A stretch of DNA of 48,175 bases from positions 87,656,717-87,704,891 of the forward strand of contig NC_068988.1 of assembly GCF_001194135.2 (NCBI RefSeq). Reading direction: 5' to 3'. Position 1 is the stretch's first letter; every line of letters begins with the position of its first letter. The notes beneath the pieces are model-generated. The model made no database searches and had not been told where the DNA came from. It was given only the letters and a program-made list of their open reading frames with translations. The position numbers and the translations under genes were made by a program. Origin of the DNA: Octopus bimaculoides. Its lineage: Eukaryota. Positions 1 through 12,150 of the stretch are shown in pieces.

Positions 1-576
1 ATACACACAAGTAAACATATTTTCCACTTGCCTCTAACGCACATACACGTGTATTTTGAAGGAAATACAATATAGTGAAAAGTAGTTCAAGGATGTGAAC
101 CCGTGTGAAGTAGAAAAATATATATGCCTAAACACTCACTCCCGTTCACATCATATACATGCAAGTTTTCATACACGAAAAAATATATATTCATTCATAC
201 AAGTGTGCGTTTGCAGACACAGTATATATGTGTGTGTGTGTGTATGTGTGTGTGTTCAGACGCAAATATACACAGAACTAAATATATGGCACAGACAGAC
301 AGAAGCAAATCGTTTAAGTGTATGGGGGGAGAGAGAGAGAGAGAGATAGAGAGAGACCGCAATGAGTCAAGTATTGTTTTAAATAAAGAGGCATTTGTTT
401 CGACCAGCCGGAATCTAATGATAGAGATTTTGAACATGTACACACACAGACAGACCTATGCCCACATATACTCCTATATATATATACCTATACACATATA
501 CCTTACATATATATGTATACACCTGTTCATCCATAAACACACAAAGAAAATAACTGAATGGTTAGTCGCATTTAGT

Positions 577-961
577 TGTTGGCTCTCCGTCGCTTACGAC
601 GTCGAGGGTTCCAGTTGATCCGATCAACGGAACAGCCTGCTCGTGAAATTAACATGCAAGCGGCTGAGCACTCCACAGACACGTGTACCCTTAACGTAGT
701 TCTCGGGGAGATTCAGCGTGACACAGAGTGCGACAAGGCTGACCCTTTGAATTACAGGCACAACAGAAACAGGAAGTAAGAGTGAGAGAAAGTTGTGGTG
801 AAAGAGTACAGCAGGGTTCGCCACCATCCCCTGCAGGAGCCTCGTGGAGCTTTAGGTGTTTTCGCTCAATAAACACTCACAACGCCCGGTCTAGGAATCG
901 AAACCGCGATCCTATGACCGCGAGTCCGCTGCCCTAACCACTGGGCCGTTGCGCCTCCACC
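577..961 (-). mobile_element. tRNA-derived SINE, family A, full length
   Basis: Minus strand begins GGAGGCGCAACGGCCCAGTGGTTAGGGC...GGTTTCGATTCC (pol III A and B boxes, tRNA-Arg-like head) and ends in a (CAA)n tail. 12-bp TSD GTCGCATTTAGT at 565-576 and 962-973. Near-identical copies at 23164-23787 and 45495-45879. Confidence 0.92.
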
Positions 962-1191
962 GTCGCATTTAGTAAAAACTAAATAACTGGTTTATTAAAA
1001 AAAAAAATGATAGTTAAGGGCACATCAAATAACAAGATAAGTTCTTGATTTATTGGAATTATCTCTTCTTCCAGAGATGGTAGAACAATCACTTGGCAAC
1101 AACAAAAGGGGACATAATCTCAAGATTCAAGTTCCCTGAAACTTGACATGACGTTAAATGGGAGGGACAGGTATCAAGGGAGCCTCTACAT

Positions 1192-1452
1192 CAGTGGTTC
1201 CCAAAGTGGGCAGTGGAAAGATCAAGAGGGGTGTTAAAGAAAAGCAGGGCAATAATAGGGTGGCCAAAAGGGGGTGATGTAGCCCCCCTCCACCTCCCAA
1301 AAAAAAAGGGTTAGGTTAAGTATTCGTAAAATACTGTTTTGAATTTTGCTGCAGAAAGTGGCCTACGTTTGTAGTGCTGGGGAGAAGGGGGCACTAGAAA
1401 TGTGGCTTGAGTGTCATGGGGACAGCAGCCTGAAAAAGTTTGGGAACCACTA
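1192..1452. mobile_element. hAT (Charlie-type) MITE
   Basis: TIRs CAGTGGTTCCCAAA (1192) and TTTGGGAACCACTA (1439-1452). 8-bp TSD CTCTACAT/CTCAACAT (7/8 match). Confidence 0.85.
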
Positions 1453-1748
1453 CTCAACATGATTGCTGGACTTGCAAGAAATACCAACCTAATACCTCAT
1501 AAATCACACTATAAGTTCTTACAGGAAAGATATAGTGAATAATAATAATGTAGTTCTAGATATACTATGTATGATTAAAAGATGGGACGGTCATATGAGG
1601 AGTGTCTTTGATTATAACTATCGATTGGGGATGAAACAACATTAACAGCTAGTTACAAAATCACCACCACCATTTCTGTATGCGGTTGCTAGATCTGCTA
1701 GAAATAGCAGCCAAATCTCCCTATTATCTTACTTTCCTTTTTAAAGCA

Positions 1749-1885
1749 GCAGATATGGTTGTGTTAAGAAGCTTGCTTCCCAACCATGCACAACACTTTG
1801 GGCAAGTGGCTTCTATTGTAACCCTAGGCTGATCAAAACTTAAGAGTAAATTTGGTAGATCAAAACTGAAAGAAGCCTGTCATGT

Positions 1886-1925
<40 letters not shown>

Positions 1926-2071
1926 GTGTTTGTCCTCCACCATTCACCACTTGACAAGTGTTGGTTTGTTTATGTTCCTGTGATAGCAGATTAGCAAGAG
2001 ACAGAGAGGAAAAGTAACTGGGTTTTTATTTAAAAAAAAAAAAACTGGAGCCGATTTGTTTGCCTAAACCC
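1749..2071 (+). mobile_element. SINE family B, degenerate full-length copy
   Basis: Head TGTGTTAAGAAGCTTGCTTCCCAACC, body TTGGGCAAGTG...TTTGGTAGA..AAACTGAAAGAAGCC, central (TA)n/(TG)n and 3' half. Homologous to 33208-33560 and 46437-46770. Confidence 0.8.
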
Positions 2072-2229
2072 AGTAGAGTCGCAACCCATTGACCCAAAGA
2101 AGTAAAAAGGTAATATGTTAGACAATGTTGTCCTCCTAAATATAGTCTGACGTGATGGTCATAAATGGAACAGCTTAAATCTTGGGTCTACACAATCAGA
2201 ACTCAATTTGGGAACAATAAAAACCAATG

Positions 2230-2430
2230 ATAATGTTTCCATATAGTCACTTGATCTGCAGAAACAGCAGCTAAATCTATTTCAAATATCACAGTACTTT
2301 CTTAGAAAAGGATGTGTGTTATAATGTGGTCCTGGATTCACTACACATAGGAAAAAGGCAAGATTGTCACGACTGGAATGCCTTTGATCATAGGTCTGCT
2401 AGATCAGGGTCAACCTTGAACTAAACAGCA
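2230..2430 (+). mobile_element. Old interspersed repeat family I (SINE-like 3' portion)
   Basis: Motifs GAAA(C/T)AGCAGC.AAATCT and CTGGAATGCCTTTGATCATAGGTCTGC, with a (CAA)n-like end. Decayed copies near 1535-1745, 5540-5640, 6660-6830, 8730-8910, 10500-10600 and 26185-26390 (opposite strand). Confidence 0.6.
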
Positions 2431-2937
2431 ACAATACTACCACCACCATTGCCATTTCAACCAATTCTGCCAACATATAACCAACACCAACACAGTTATG
2501 ACTGGATGTAAAACAACCTCAAGTGAAAGTGCACACACCCATCAACATACACCAACAAGATTATGATGATGATGATGATGATGAAACAAAGAACTAAGAA
2601 ATGAGAAGAGGGTTAAGATGAAGAAGTAGAATAACCAACACATAGCAAGACTATTTTTATCTCCATAGAAACCAAGCAGGCAGCAAGCAGCAAGTTCTTG
2701 AAGAAAAACAGAAAGAGCATAAGTAGTGAATAGTGGCAGCTCTAGTAATGTGGTAAGTGTACTGGTAGATAGGTAGGTAGGAATATAGGGGGGGGGGGCT
2801 TTGAACAAACTATGAGATTCTAATTTGTCTTCCTTTCTTTCTCCAAATTTGCTAAAGTGGTTCAGTCCTAACATAATGGTTGTACAACATGTAGCCAGGA
2901 GACAAGCAAGGCCTCTCACCAGCATCATCATCAACAT

Positions 2938-3070
2938 TTAACATGTTTCCATGCTGGCATGGATTGGGCAGCTTGGTAGGAAATGGCATGGCTAAGGGCT
3001 ACACCAGTTTCTATGATTGGATGCCTTTCCTCATGCCAACCACTCCACAGAGTGTACTCAGTGCTTTTTA
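2938..3070 (-). mobile_element. Interspersed repeat fragment (V-domain/RTE-5'-like motif)
   Basis: Minus strand carries GGTTGGCATGAGGAAAGGCATCCAATC, resembling the GGTTGGCGTTAGGAAGGGCATCC motif of V-SINE/RTE-type elements (family recalled from memory). Confidence 0.45.
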
Positions 3071-3574
3071 CAAAGCACTATACTATCCCCAGTACTCACA
3101 CCAATGCTTTTTATGTGACATCTTGGTTTTAGGATCTCAATTCTGTTGTGGTGGGCAAGTCTTCTCGAGTACAGCAATGCGCCACTCACGAATTGTAGAG
3201 GTGCAGTCATGTGTCTACGTTTATGAAGTTTGCTGCAATATCACATGATCTCCGGTTCAGACCATCTGCAGAGAATCTTCGGCAATGCCTTGTTAATAGA
3301 ACTGGTATACAGAAGCTCATCAAGTCATTATTTGATTTAACGTCTACTCTCATGTTTTTTGCATGGGTCAGTCAGGTTTTGTTGAAGCAGGTTTTCCTTT
3401 ACAATCAGATGCTTTTTTTGTTGCCAACCCTCATCCACTTCCAAGCAAAATGACATTTTCCCATGGCAAGACAGGATTTTCATTGATAATTAGAAATAAA
3501 TGACACCACTTGTATGATGGTGATGCTCACAAGTATCACATGGTGGTAAGACAAGAGGACATATATACATACAC

Positions 3575-3740
3575 ACATAATTAAGGGATCAGCAAATATT
3601 TGCTTCACCATATACCGAAGTTCAGAAATAGCAGCTAAAAAAGCAAGTGATGCTATATGTGGGAGTCTCAGCTTTTTTAGCTGCTATTTCTGAACTTCGG
3701 TATATGGTGAAGCAAATATTTGCTGATCCCTTAATTATGT
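3575..3740. repeat. Perfect inverted repeat, 70-bp arms, 26-nt spacer
   Basis: 3575-3644 is the exact reverse complement of 3671-3740. Confidence 0.97.
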
Positions 3741-3879
3741 TTATAAATATATATGAGCTTTTAAATAAGTTCTCCACCAATAATGGTGCTTACATACCGA
3801 TGGGCTTGGTAAAAATTATTAATTATTGATTTATTAATGAATTAATAAATTGATAATCCTTTACCCTTTTAATTTGTAA

Positions 3880-3929
<50 letters not shown>

Positions 3930-3959
3930 AGAAATGATATATGAGCATATGTATACATA

Positions 3960-4194
3960 CATATATGTACATACCTACATCTACATGTATATATAGATGC
4001 ATATCCGGGTACAGGACGTCAAAAAAGGAACAGGAACATAAAGCACAAAAACGGACATTTTTTACAGACAACAGAACGAACACATAGGAAAACAGACAAG
4101 CCACATATGGAACTTTTCCTTCATCAGCTGCCTCTATTCTAAACTTGGCGTTTCGAAGATGAGGCAGATCGTGCTCTTAGAATAGCTCTTCCTG
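3960..4194. mobile_element. (TA)n-associated repeat family J
   Basis: Shares CATATC..GGGTACAGGAC and CTTCATCAG..TTTCGA motifs with 25200-25500 and 38170-38260. All copies abut (TA)n. Confidence 0.6.
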
Positions 4195-4199
4195 TTTAG

Positions 4200-4960
4200 T
4201 GGAAAATAGAAGTAGTGTCAGAGGCACAGGTGGAAAAGGCACTGAGGTCAGTCCGGCAGGAGATGTCATACCTTGCCAGGGGACAAAAATATGGAACGGT
4301 GGAGGTGCAGTTTAAGGAGACAGCAACTGCCAGACTGTACTCAGCCACGCCGCTGAAGACAGATGAGGTAGTGCTTCTGCCCATGTATTTTGGGAGACAT
4401 ACCTCCAGGGTTCAGGTGGAAGATATACCACCAGAAGTGAATGTAGCCTGGCTGGTGGCTGCCATACTGCTGGGCATGGAGGAGGAGGTGGTGGTCCTGC
4501 AGGCCACCAGAACACCCAAAAGGTATTGGAGAGGACAAACCTTTGAAATGATGGTACAGGTCATAGAGGAGGACCTGGAAAAGATGGTAGAAAATATCTT
4601 AGTGGGTGAAACTACTTTGTAAGTTAGAGTGGAGGAAAGAATTCTGTGGTGTTATAAATGTGGCCTGAAGGGCCACATTAAAGCAGACTGCCCTTCACCA
4701 CTGGAAAAGGCTGAAGAGAGTGACAGAGTGGTAAGTGCTCCATAGTCCATGAAGGAAAAGGACATGACCATCGAGGAAGAAGCAGAGAAGAAAAGAAAAA
4801 GAAAAGGACACATGTGGTAAAGAATGACCCAACCCGCACCCACCTGGCCCTCACCCATACCCACTTTACCCCAACCACTTCCTACAGACACCAACCTTCC
4901 CCATACCCAGTCTGACAAAAAGACAATTGCAAACACACAGGAACCTCAAAGTTACCCACC
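4200..4960 (+). pseudogene. Decayed ORF1 (gag-like, CCHC zinc knuckle) of a non-LTR retrotransposon, probably L1/Tx1 clade
   Basis: ORF 4215-4622 continues in frame past the stop into C-Y-K-C-G-L-K-G-H-I-K-A-D-C (C-X2-C-X4-H-X4-C) at 4650-4691, then an acidic/basic tail with further in-frame stops (4743). Confidence 0.8.
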
Positions 4961-5757
4961 CCTGCCCTGTAAGATAAAAATATGTATTGATGTATAATGG
5001 ACAGACTAAGGAACTGGATAACAAAGTAAATTCGTATATTGCGAGAAAATGGGAGTCGGGGAGGAAGTCTTTCCCGAAAATATTTTCGATTCCTTTACCC
5101 ACGTAATTATAATCTACATCTAAAATGTATCTCACATAAATTTCATTAAAAGCTATGTATTTTAAAGAAAATTATGAGAATCAAAGTCTGTTTAATACAC
5201 AGTTCTGCAGTCACGCCCCGTTTGCATTTCAAGTGTATAAATATATTTTGTTTAGATTTGAAGTCTAAATTTTATTAACACCTGAAGTGTATAAAATACA
5301 TTTTGCTTGCAATTTTTTAAAATTACATTTTCAGTCTAAGGAATGGAACAAATTTTGAAATGTTCAGAAGGTGAAACAGTACAATTCTAGTGAATTTATT
5401 ACTGAATACACCATGTTGCTTTCATTATTTTGATGGGATATTCTGGGAAGCAATAAAGTTGAATAATTTTCTTCATGTTGATATTCTAAAAGTTCAGCGA
5501 GGAACTTTTTATAAATCTCCCTCCACGAGGGCCTCTAGGCGATAGCTTCGCTCTGCTAAAAATAGCAGCGAAATCTATAAAGCGTACGACTCCCTTAAAA
5601 AGGGAAGGATACATTGTAACCTGACTATTCAGCAGTAAGTGAATGCTTTACGAAAACGCTTGAAAATTCCTGAAAAAAAAAATCATCCTTAAGTATATTC
5701 CAAAATTGATAAACTATTCCTTCACCCACCCCAAAAGTAAAAACCACTTAAGTTTTC

Positions 5758-6604
5758 GGTGAAATTTCAGTGTTTGACCAGAGCAAATTTTTTTTTTTTT
5801 TAATTGTGCATGAAAAAAACAAAAAAAATGCGCGCTGGGGAAAAACTTGGAAAATTCACATCGGGAATGTTCCGAGTTCTCTCATCAGTTTCCCGTTCGT
5901 CGGCGAATTTTTTCCTTCTTCATATTCGTTTACTANNNNNNNNNNNNNNNNNNNNNNNNNNNNNNNNNNNNNNNNNNNNNNNNNNNNNNNNNNNNNNNNN
6001 NNNNNNNNNNNNNNNNNNNNNNNNNNNNNNNNNNNNNNNNNNNNNNNNNNNNNNNNNNNNNNNNNNNNNNNNNNNNNNNNNNNNNNNNNNNNNNNNNNNN
6101 NNNNNNNNNNNNNNNNNNNNNNNNNNNNNNNNNNNNNNNNNNNNNNNNNNNNNNNNNNNNNNNNNNNNNNNNNNNNNNNNNNNNNNNNNNNNNNNNNNNN
6201 NNNNNNNNNNNNNNNNNNNNNNNNNNNNNNNNNNNNNNNNNNNNNNNNNNNNNNNNNNNNNNNNNNNNNNNNNNNNNNNNNNNNNNNNNNNNNNNNNNNN
6301 NNNNNNNNNNNNNNNNNNNNNNNNNNNNNNNNNNNNNNNNNNNNNNNNNTCACAAAAATTGAAAAAAAAAAAAAAGTATACTAGGTGTAAAATAATGTGT
6401 AGTCAACGAATATGAAAAAAAAAATTTCGCCGACGAACGGGGAAGTAGAGAGAGGACCCGGAACATCCCAATGTGAATTTTCCGAGTCCTTTCCTCCTCA
6501 CCACCACTTCGCATTTTTTGTTTTTCAAATTCGTTTACTACATGTTGTTTTACACCTGTTGCCCCCCCCCTTTTTTTGCTCGGGTCAAACACTGGAGTTT
6601 GACC
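5758..6604. mobile_element. Non-autonomous DNA transposon with long TIRs and an 8-bp TSD (Merlin- or MULE-like)
   Basis: Ends GGTGAAATTTCAGTGTTTGACC and (reverse complement) GGTCAAACTCCAGTGTTTGACC. Diverged inverted homology extends ~170 bp. Exact TSD AAGTTTTC at 5750-5757 and 6605-6612. The centre is an N gap. Confidence 0.75.
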
Positions 6605-7149
6605 AAGTTTTCTAACAGAAATCTTAAGGACCACCAACTGACTTCATAATCAACAAGGGCATATCCTTGCGCTTTCTTGATCTGCTGGAAATAACACCAA
6701 AATATGCCTCCTATTATGTCAATGAAAAGGAAGGTGCAAACATCATTAAAGCCATCTGAATAAAAGGCAGGATAGTTACGACTGGAATGTATGTGGTCAC
6801 AAGTGTACCCAGTTAAAGACCGCCTTGGAATTAGGCAAGAGCACCAAACACAAAGCATAATTTGAGAAGAAATGCCGGTTCAACAGTTGTCACATTGGAA
6901 TGGATATAAAACATTAAAACTACAAAGACAACAAAGCCTATAACTCGGGCACGTATCTTACCTCTATTTAGTGCTACTTGGGCTAAAAGAGAGAAATTAC
7001 TATGGTGTAGAAGTGGTTGATACCAGTGTTAAGAGGACTATCTCTTTCGCATCTAGCCATTCGATTGAGAATGATTTCAAAGATAGAACATGGCCGCCAT
7101 CACAGAGACGTAGGATCTACTTCCGGCAGAGGAGGTTAACGTTAAAGTA

Positions 7150-7200
<51 letters not shown>

Positions 7201-7391
7201 NNNNNNNNNNNNNNNNNNNNNNNNNNNNNNNNNNNNNNNNNNNNNNNNNNNNNNNNNNNNNNNNNNNNNNNNNNNNNNNNNNNNNNNNNNNNNNNNNNNN
7301 NNNNNNNNNNNNNNNNNNNNNNNNNNNNNNNNNNNNNNNNNNNNNNNNNNNNNNNNNNNNNNNNNNNNNNNNNNNNNNNNNNNNNNNNNNN

Positions 7392-7560
7392 CAAATGAAT
7401 ACGTGTTTAGGGTTAGGGTTAGGATCGACCACTCACGACTAGCTAGCGCGGACGCGCGACTGCGCGTTCGGGCCCGTGCTGCTTTAGTAGTACCTATACA
7501 CACATACAGGTCGTTGTCTTATGACAATTGGTTCCGACTGGCTAGTTGTAAGTCGACGAC
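7392..7560. other. CpG-rich repeat fragment with interstitial TTAGGG repeats
   Basis: AATGAATACGTG-TTTAGGGTTAGGGTTAGG followed by a CpG-dense segment (GCGCGGACGCGCGACTGCGCG). Confidence 0.5.
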
Positions 7561-9432
7561 GACCTGTATATATAGACATACATACAAACACACACATACA
7601 CATATACAAATATACACCTATATACATACACATATCTACACACACACATACATACACACACACACACACAAATGCACGAGCGTCACATGAATTACGTGAT
7701 GTCATTTCTTCAATTCTTATTTACTCAACATACAAGGATTAGAAGAAACACAACGCATATGCCATTCAGAATGCACTAGGGAATACATCTCGCTCGGATG
7801 ATATCCTATTTTCTCTTTAGTTGTTTCAGCCATGAGACTGCAGCTATGGTGGGGCATCATTTTGAAGAATTTCTGCCGAATCGCTAATTTACGGGTACGT
7901 AAACAAACCGACACTGGCTGACGAGCGACGGTGCGGACAAACACAAACACACACATATATAGGTGGACGTCGGAGTTAGGAAGCACCAACAAGTTGGAAT
8001 TTCTCCGTTTTGGTTGGAATCTTTCAGATTTTGTTTCCGCAGTACCCCTGGAAATACTCTGGAGAATGTTTTTTTAGTAAAAACAATTTGAGACAAACGC
8101 CTATATATATATATATATATGACAATAACCGAAGTTGCCACGTTTTGACACTAAATCCGGAACCATGTGATTGGGAAGAAAATGTCTTATCACAGCGATG
8201 CTTTTGCCTGTACCTACACCTGATAATAAAAAAAGCGGTGAGCACGTGTGGGCACTGTCTGAAGAAAGAGAAGGAACGATCGAAACTTGAGTGCCTTTTG
8301 ATGTAGTGAATGCAGTTGAAATTTCCCTCTCAGAAGGAGAAAGAAAAACAAAAACAACCTAGCGGTAATGGTTAGCAACTCTCAGAAAGGAGGGGAGATA
8401 ATTTGAAAACTAAAAAATTTTACTATTTTTTTGTAAGTCGCTAAAAATTATCTATGCTTTTATTTTTGAAAAGGAACACATTTTAATTGATAAACATTTT
8501 GTGTACCATTCAGTGTATCAATGCAGCCCCTCGACTATATTACTCCGAATTTTAGCCTTGAGACCATTTTATTTTTGATCGTGTTTCCTTAATCAGAGCT
8601 CGCCAGGAGCTAAAATAAAATCTCCCATCACCATTCAATGCACAGAAAAGAACTTACCAATACACCGACAACGATATACAACCCACTACCACCATCACCA
8701 CCTATTACACACTAAATAACAGCTAAGAACAGAACCTGAGTTGCTTGACCTACTATAAACAGTAGCTAAATCAACCTCAATCCACATCCTACCTTCTTAT
8801 AAAAACGATACATTTGCCAATATAGTTAATCTCTGATATATAAAATGATAGTAACGACTGTGATACGTTTAATCAGAGATCCGTTAAATCCGGGTTGAGC
8901 TGAGACTCAAGAAGTCAGTTTACAAACACTTAAGTCTCATATAACGCTTAAAGGACTCAAGGAGTTAAGTGACTGTTAACAAAAACAACAATTTGCGGGA
9001 TTTAGTTACGTCCCTTCATCTTTTTTAAAGCTAATAAATCATGTACCGGGAATTCCATGAACTCGACTATTGTCCACCTCCTATAATTCGTGGCCAAGTA
9101 CCAATGTTCGAATTATATACACTGTTCTAAGTTCAAATTTTAGCAGGGTCAGGTACGATCATTAGAGCGTCGAAGCGGTCTCCAACCTTTTTATTACCAT
9201 GGACCATGCAAGACAATTTTGTCACGGACCAGGGAATCACGCGCATAACAAAATACAAATAAGTGATGTGTATATAATCCAAGCAATCAATCGTTTTGAA
9301 TCTCAGAAATACCATTGTCGCGAATGGCATTTCTGAGACTCACCGATTGATTGCCATAATCTAATTATTACATTGTATATAATGCTCGTTATTTCTACTA
9401 AAATTACATTGTAAGTCATATAATCGAATTAA

Positions 9433-9651
9433 GGCGGCGAGCTGGCAGAATCGTTAGCACACCGGGCGAAATGCTTAGCGGTATTTCGTTTACCGCTACG
9501 ATCTGAGTTCAAATTCCGCCGAGGTCGACTTTGCCTTTCATCCTTTCGGGGTCGATAAATTAAGTACCAGTTGAGTACTGGCATCGATGTAATCGACTAT
9601 TCCCCTCTCCCAAATTTCAGACCTTATGCCTATAGTAGAAAGGACTATTAT
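9433..9651 (+). mobile_element. tRNA-derived SINE, family C
   Basis: Head GGCGGCGAGCTGGCAGAATCGTTAGC...GAGTTCAAATTCC (A and B boxes), central GGTCGACTTTGCCTTTCATCCTTTCGGGGTCGATAAATTAAGTACCAG (resembles the Meta-domain as I recall it), and an (ATT)-type tail. Confidence 0.9.
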
Positions 9652-9850
9652 CTATCGTTACGGACTTACTAAAATATACTAGTCAAGTACTGAAGTACAA
9701 TGTATCGACTGATCCTCAACCTCTAAAAATGACTGATCTTGTTCCAAATAACAAACAACAGTGATTGATATAAAGAACAACATCCACTATAATCCTCAAA
9801 CACAAGCAGACCCTTTGTATCAATGATGCAAATATACTTTATGCAGTGAG

Positions 9851-10032
9851 TGACGTCAGCAAACTACTTACGAATTGCTTTTTCTATAAATAGACATTCG
9901 AGACCTGAGTGGTAAGGTGAGAAAGTTAAAGAAACGGGATGTGGTGGTGTTCGTCATTTCTACTAATTGTTTGTTATTTTAAGCTTTCAGACTGTTGCTT
10001 AATTCTACGACCATCGAGACATCGTGACGTCA
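9851..10032 (+). promoter_or_regulatory. Candidate promoter/enhancer: two full CRE palindromes and a TATA-like box
   Basis: TGACGTCA at 9851-9858 and 10025-10032. TATAAATA at 9885-9892. The sequence is non-repetitive. Confidence 0.35.
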
Positions 10033-10126
10033 TCGAATGGAATTAAATTAATAATGACTAATTATTGGTTAATTACCGATCATTAATAGAGCGTCCAACA
10101 TAATGCTCAGCTCTATTTCTTCTTAT

Positions 10127-10275
10127 CTCCTTACGTTCAAATTCCGTTGAGGTAGGCTTTGCCTGTCATGGGGACGATGAAATAAATACCACTGAAGTAC
10201 TGGGGTCTATGTTAACTATTTACACCTCTCCTAAAATTGCTTGCTCTCCTGCGCCAAAATTAGAAAGAATTAATT
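10127..10275 (+). mobile_element. SINE family C, decayed
   Basis: GTTCAAATTCCGTTGAGGTAGGCTTTGCCTGTCAT...AAATACCACTGAAGTACTGGGGTC aligns to the family C core. Confidence 0.65.
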
Positions 10276-11955
10276 ATTAATAGCGGTGTCAGGTAGAATT
10301 GAAAACCTGCCCCAGGGACTCGGTGAAATTATATGAAAATATAGTTATTTGCAATGAGCATGTCTTTGTGTAGAAACATCAAAGAGTTGTTGGCACATGT
10401 GGGATGTTGACATCACTTTGCTACAGTACACACCAATAATAACCATAAATGAAAAATAAGAAGTAAAAGAAAAAAACAGCAGCAGCGGCAGAAGCGACAT
10501 GAATCAATGAAGGTCTCTACATAGTCGTCTGACCTGCGGGAAATAACAGCCAAATCCCATCCTACCAACTCCTGTTGGACAGCGACTTTGGAAATAGCTG
10601 TCACAAATTAAATCGAATTTCTTCGGGTTATTTTTTTTTCCGCCGTATTTTTCGTAATATCAAAATAATATGCAATTCGCATTAAGAAAGTTTATCTTTT
10701 TCAAACTTTTTAACTATCTCCTTTCATCTTGCCTCCAGAATAACTGTCTCCATTAAAATATCTCAGTATTTTTCATTTTATATTTACACATTCTGAAACA
10801 CTTGTAATTCACACACTTTAATAAAAGGAAATTTTAAAATATACCAAAACACAATCATTGCTAGACTGCTCTTGATCATCAGTAACAATCACAACTAAAT
10901 CGGTTTCGATAATCAATCAGCATTCCAATTGTTCGATCAACTGACCTATCCATCTTCTCGTTAAATTAACGTGTACGTGGCTGAATATTTCACAGACTTA
11001 TATCTACAATGTAATTCTGACTAATGACAACCGTTTTACTCACAAGGGTGGGTCACCCTCACAAGTCTTGGGTCGGCCTAGATGCTAAGCAGTGTAGTCT
11101 TAAACCACTCAGCCAAGCTTGTGAACATTATAAATATTACCATTAACCAATACAGATTACAACAGAAGCACTATACACCACTGTTACAAATAGATACAAC
11201 ATGATCAAACAATAAGATAACCATAACATTGTCTATACGGTTATTATATATATAATAACCGTATATACTACCAACTAACAACACTGTACTTTTTTTTTTT
11301 AAGGAACTCTGACTTCGTCCCAAGAAGCAAACAACAACACTACACCATCACTACTAATAGTATACCAGCGTCGATTGCTATAACACCAATAAAAAGTATC
11401 AAGCAACAGTTTATAAAAGCTACATTACAAGACACTAAGCTACAACACAAACTCTCAACACTGAAATATATATATATATATATATATATANNNNNNNNNN
11501 NNNNNNNNNNNNNNNNNNNNNNNNNNNNNNNNNNNNNNNNNNNNNNNNNNNNNNNNNNNNNNNNNNNNNNNNNNNNNNNNNNNNNNNNNNNNNNNNNNNN
11601 NNNNNNNNNNNNNNNNNNNNNNNNNNNNNNNNNNNNNNNNNNNNNNNNNNNNNNNNNNNNNNNNNNNNNNNNNNNNNNNNNNNNNNNNNNNNNNNNNNNN
11701 NNNNNNNNNNNNNNNNNNNNNNNNNNNNNNNNNNNNNNNNNNNNNNNNNNNNNNNNNNNNNNNNNNNNNNNNNNNNNNNNNNNNNNNNNNNNNNNNNNNN
11801 NNNNNNNNNNNNNNNNNNNNNNNNNNNNNNNNNNNNNNNNNNNNNNNNNNNNNNNNNNNNNNNNNNNNNNNNNNNNNNNNNNNNNNNNNNNNNNNNNNNN
11901 NNNNNNNNNNNNNNNNNNNNNNNNNNNNNNNNNNNNNNNNNNNNNNNNNNNNNNN

Positions 11956-12003
<48 letters not shown>

Positions 12004-12005
<2 letters not shown>

Positions 12006-12150
12006 GACGAGCTTTTTTTCAGTTTCCGTTTACCACTCACAAGACTGGCTGGCCCGAGGCTAGGCTACTGTAGAAGACACTTACCTAAGGTGCCATGCAA
12101 TGGGACTGAACCCGGAACCGAGTGGTTGGGAAGCAAACTTCTTAACACAC
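12004..12150 (-). mobile_element. SINE family B, 5' half
   Basis: Reverse complement of the family B head and body; ends in (TA)n/(CA)n next to a gap. Confidence 0.8.

Noticed and set aside
576-876. ORFs conserved in three places (MVANPAVLFHH..., MLALRRLRRRGFQ...)
   Set aside because: They are reading frames of the SINE A consensus. Conservation reflects copy identity, not coding function.
880-961. tRNA-like sequences at SINE heads
   Set aside because: No acceptor-stem closure, and each continues into a SINE body with a TSD, so they are not tRNA genes.
2542-2937. 131-aa minus-strand ORF with a His run
   Set aside because: Low complexity, microsatellite-derived (CAT)n, no recognisable domain.
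5860-5895. CTGATGA-GAGAACTC-GGAA on the minus strand inside the long-TIR element
   Set aside because: GGAA instead of GAAA, no room for stem III, and not preserved in the opposite TIR.
6644-6757. Minus-strand exon-like segment (TTTTATTCAG acceptor, GAA|GTCAGT donor) encoding ...KKAQGYALVDYE, reminiscent of an RRM RNP1 motif
   Set aside because: It aligns along most of its length to decayed repeat family I. The upstream residues are not RRM-like. At best an exonised repeat.
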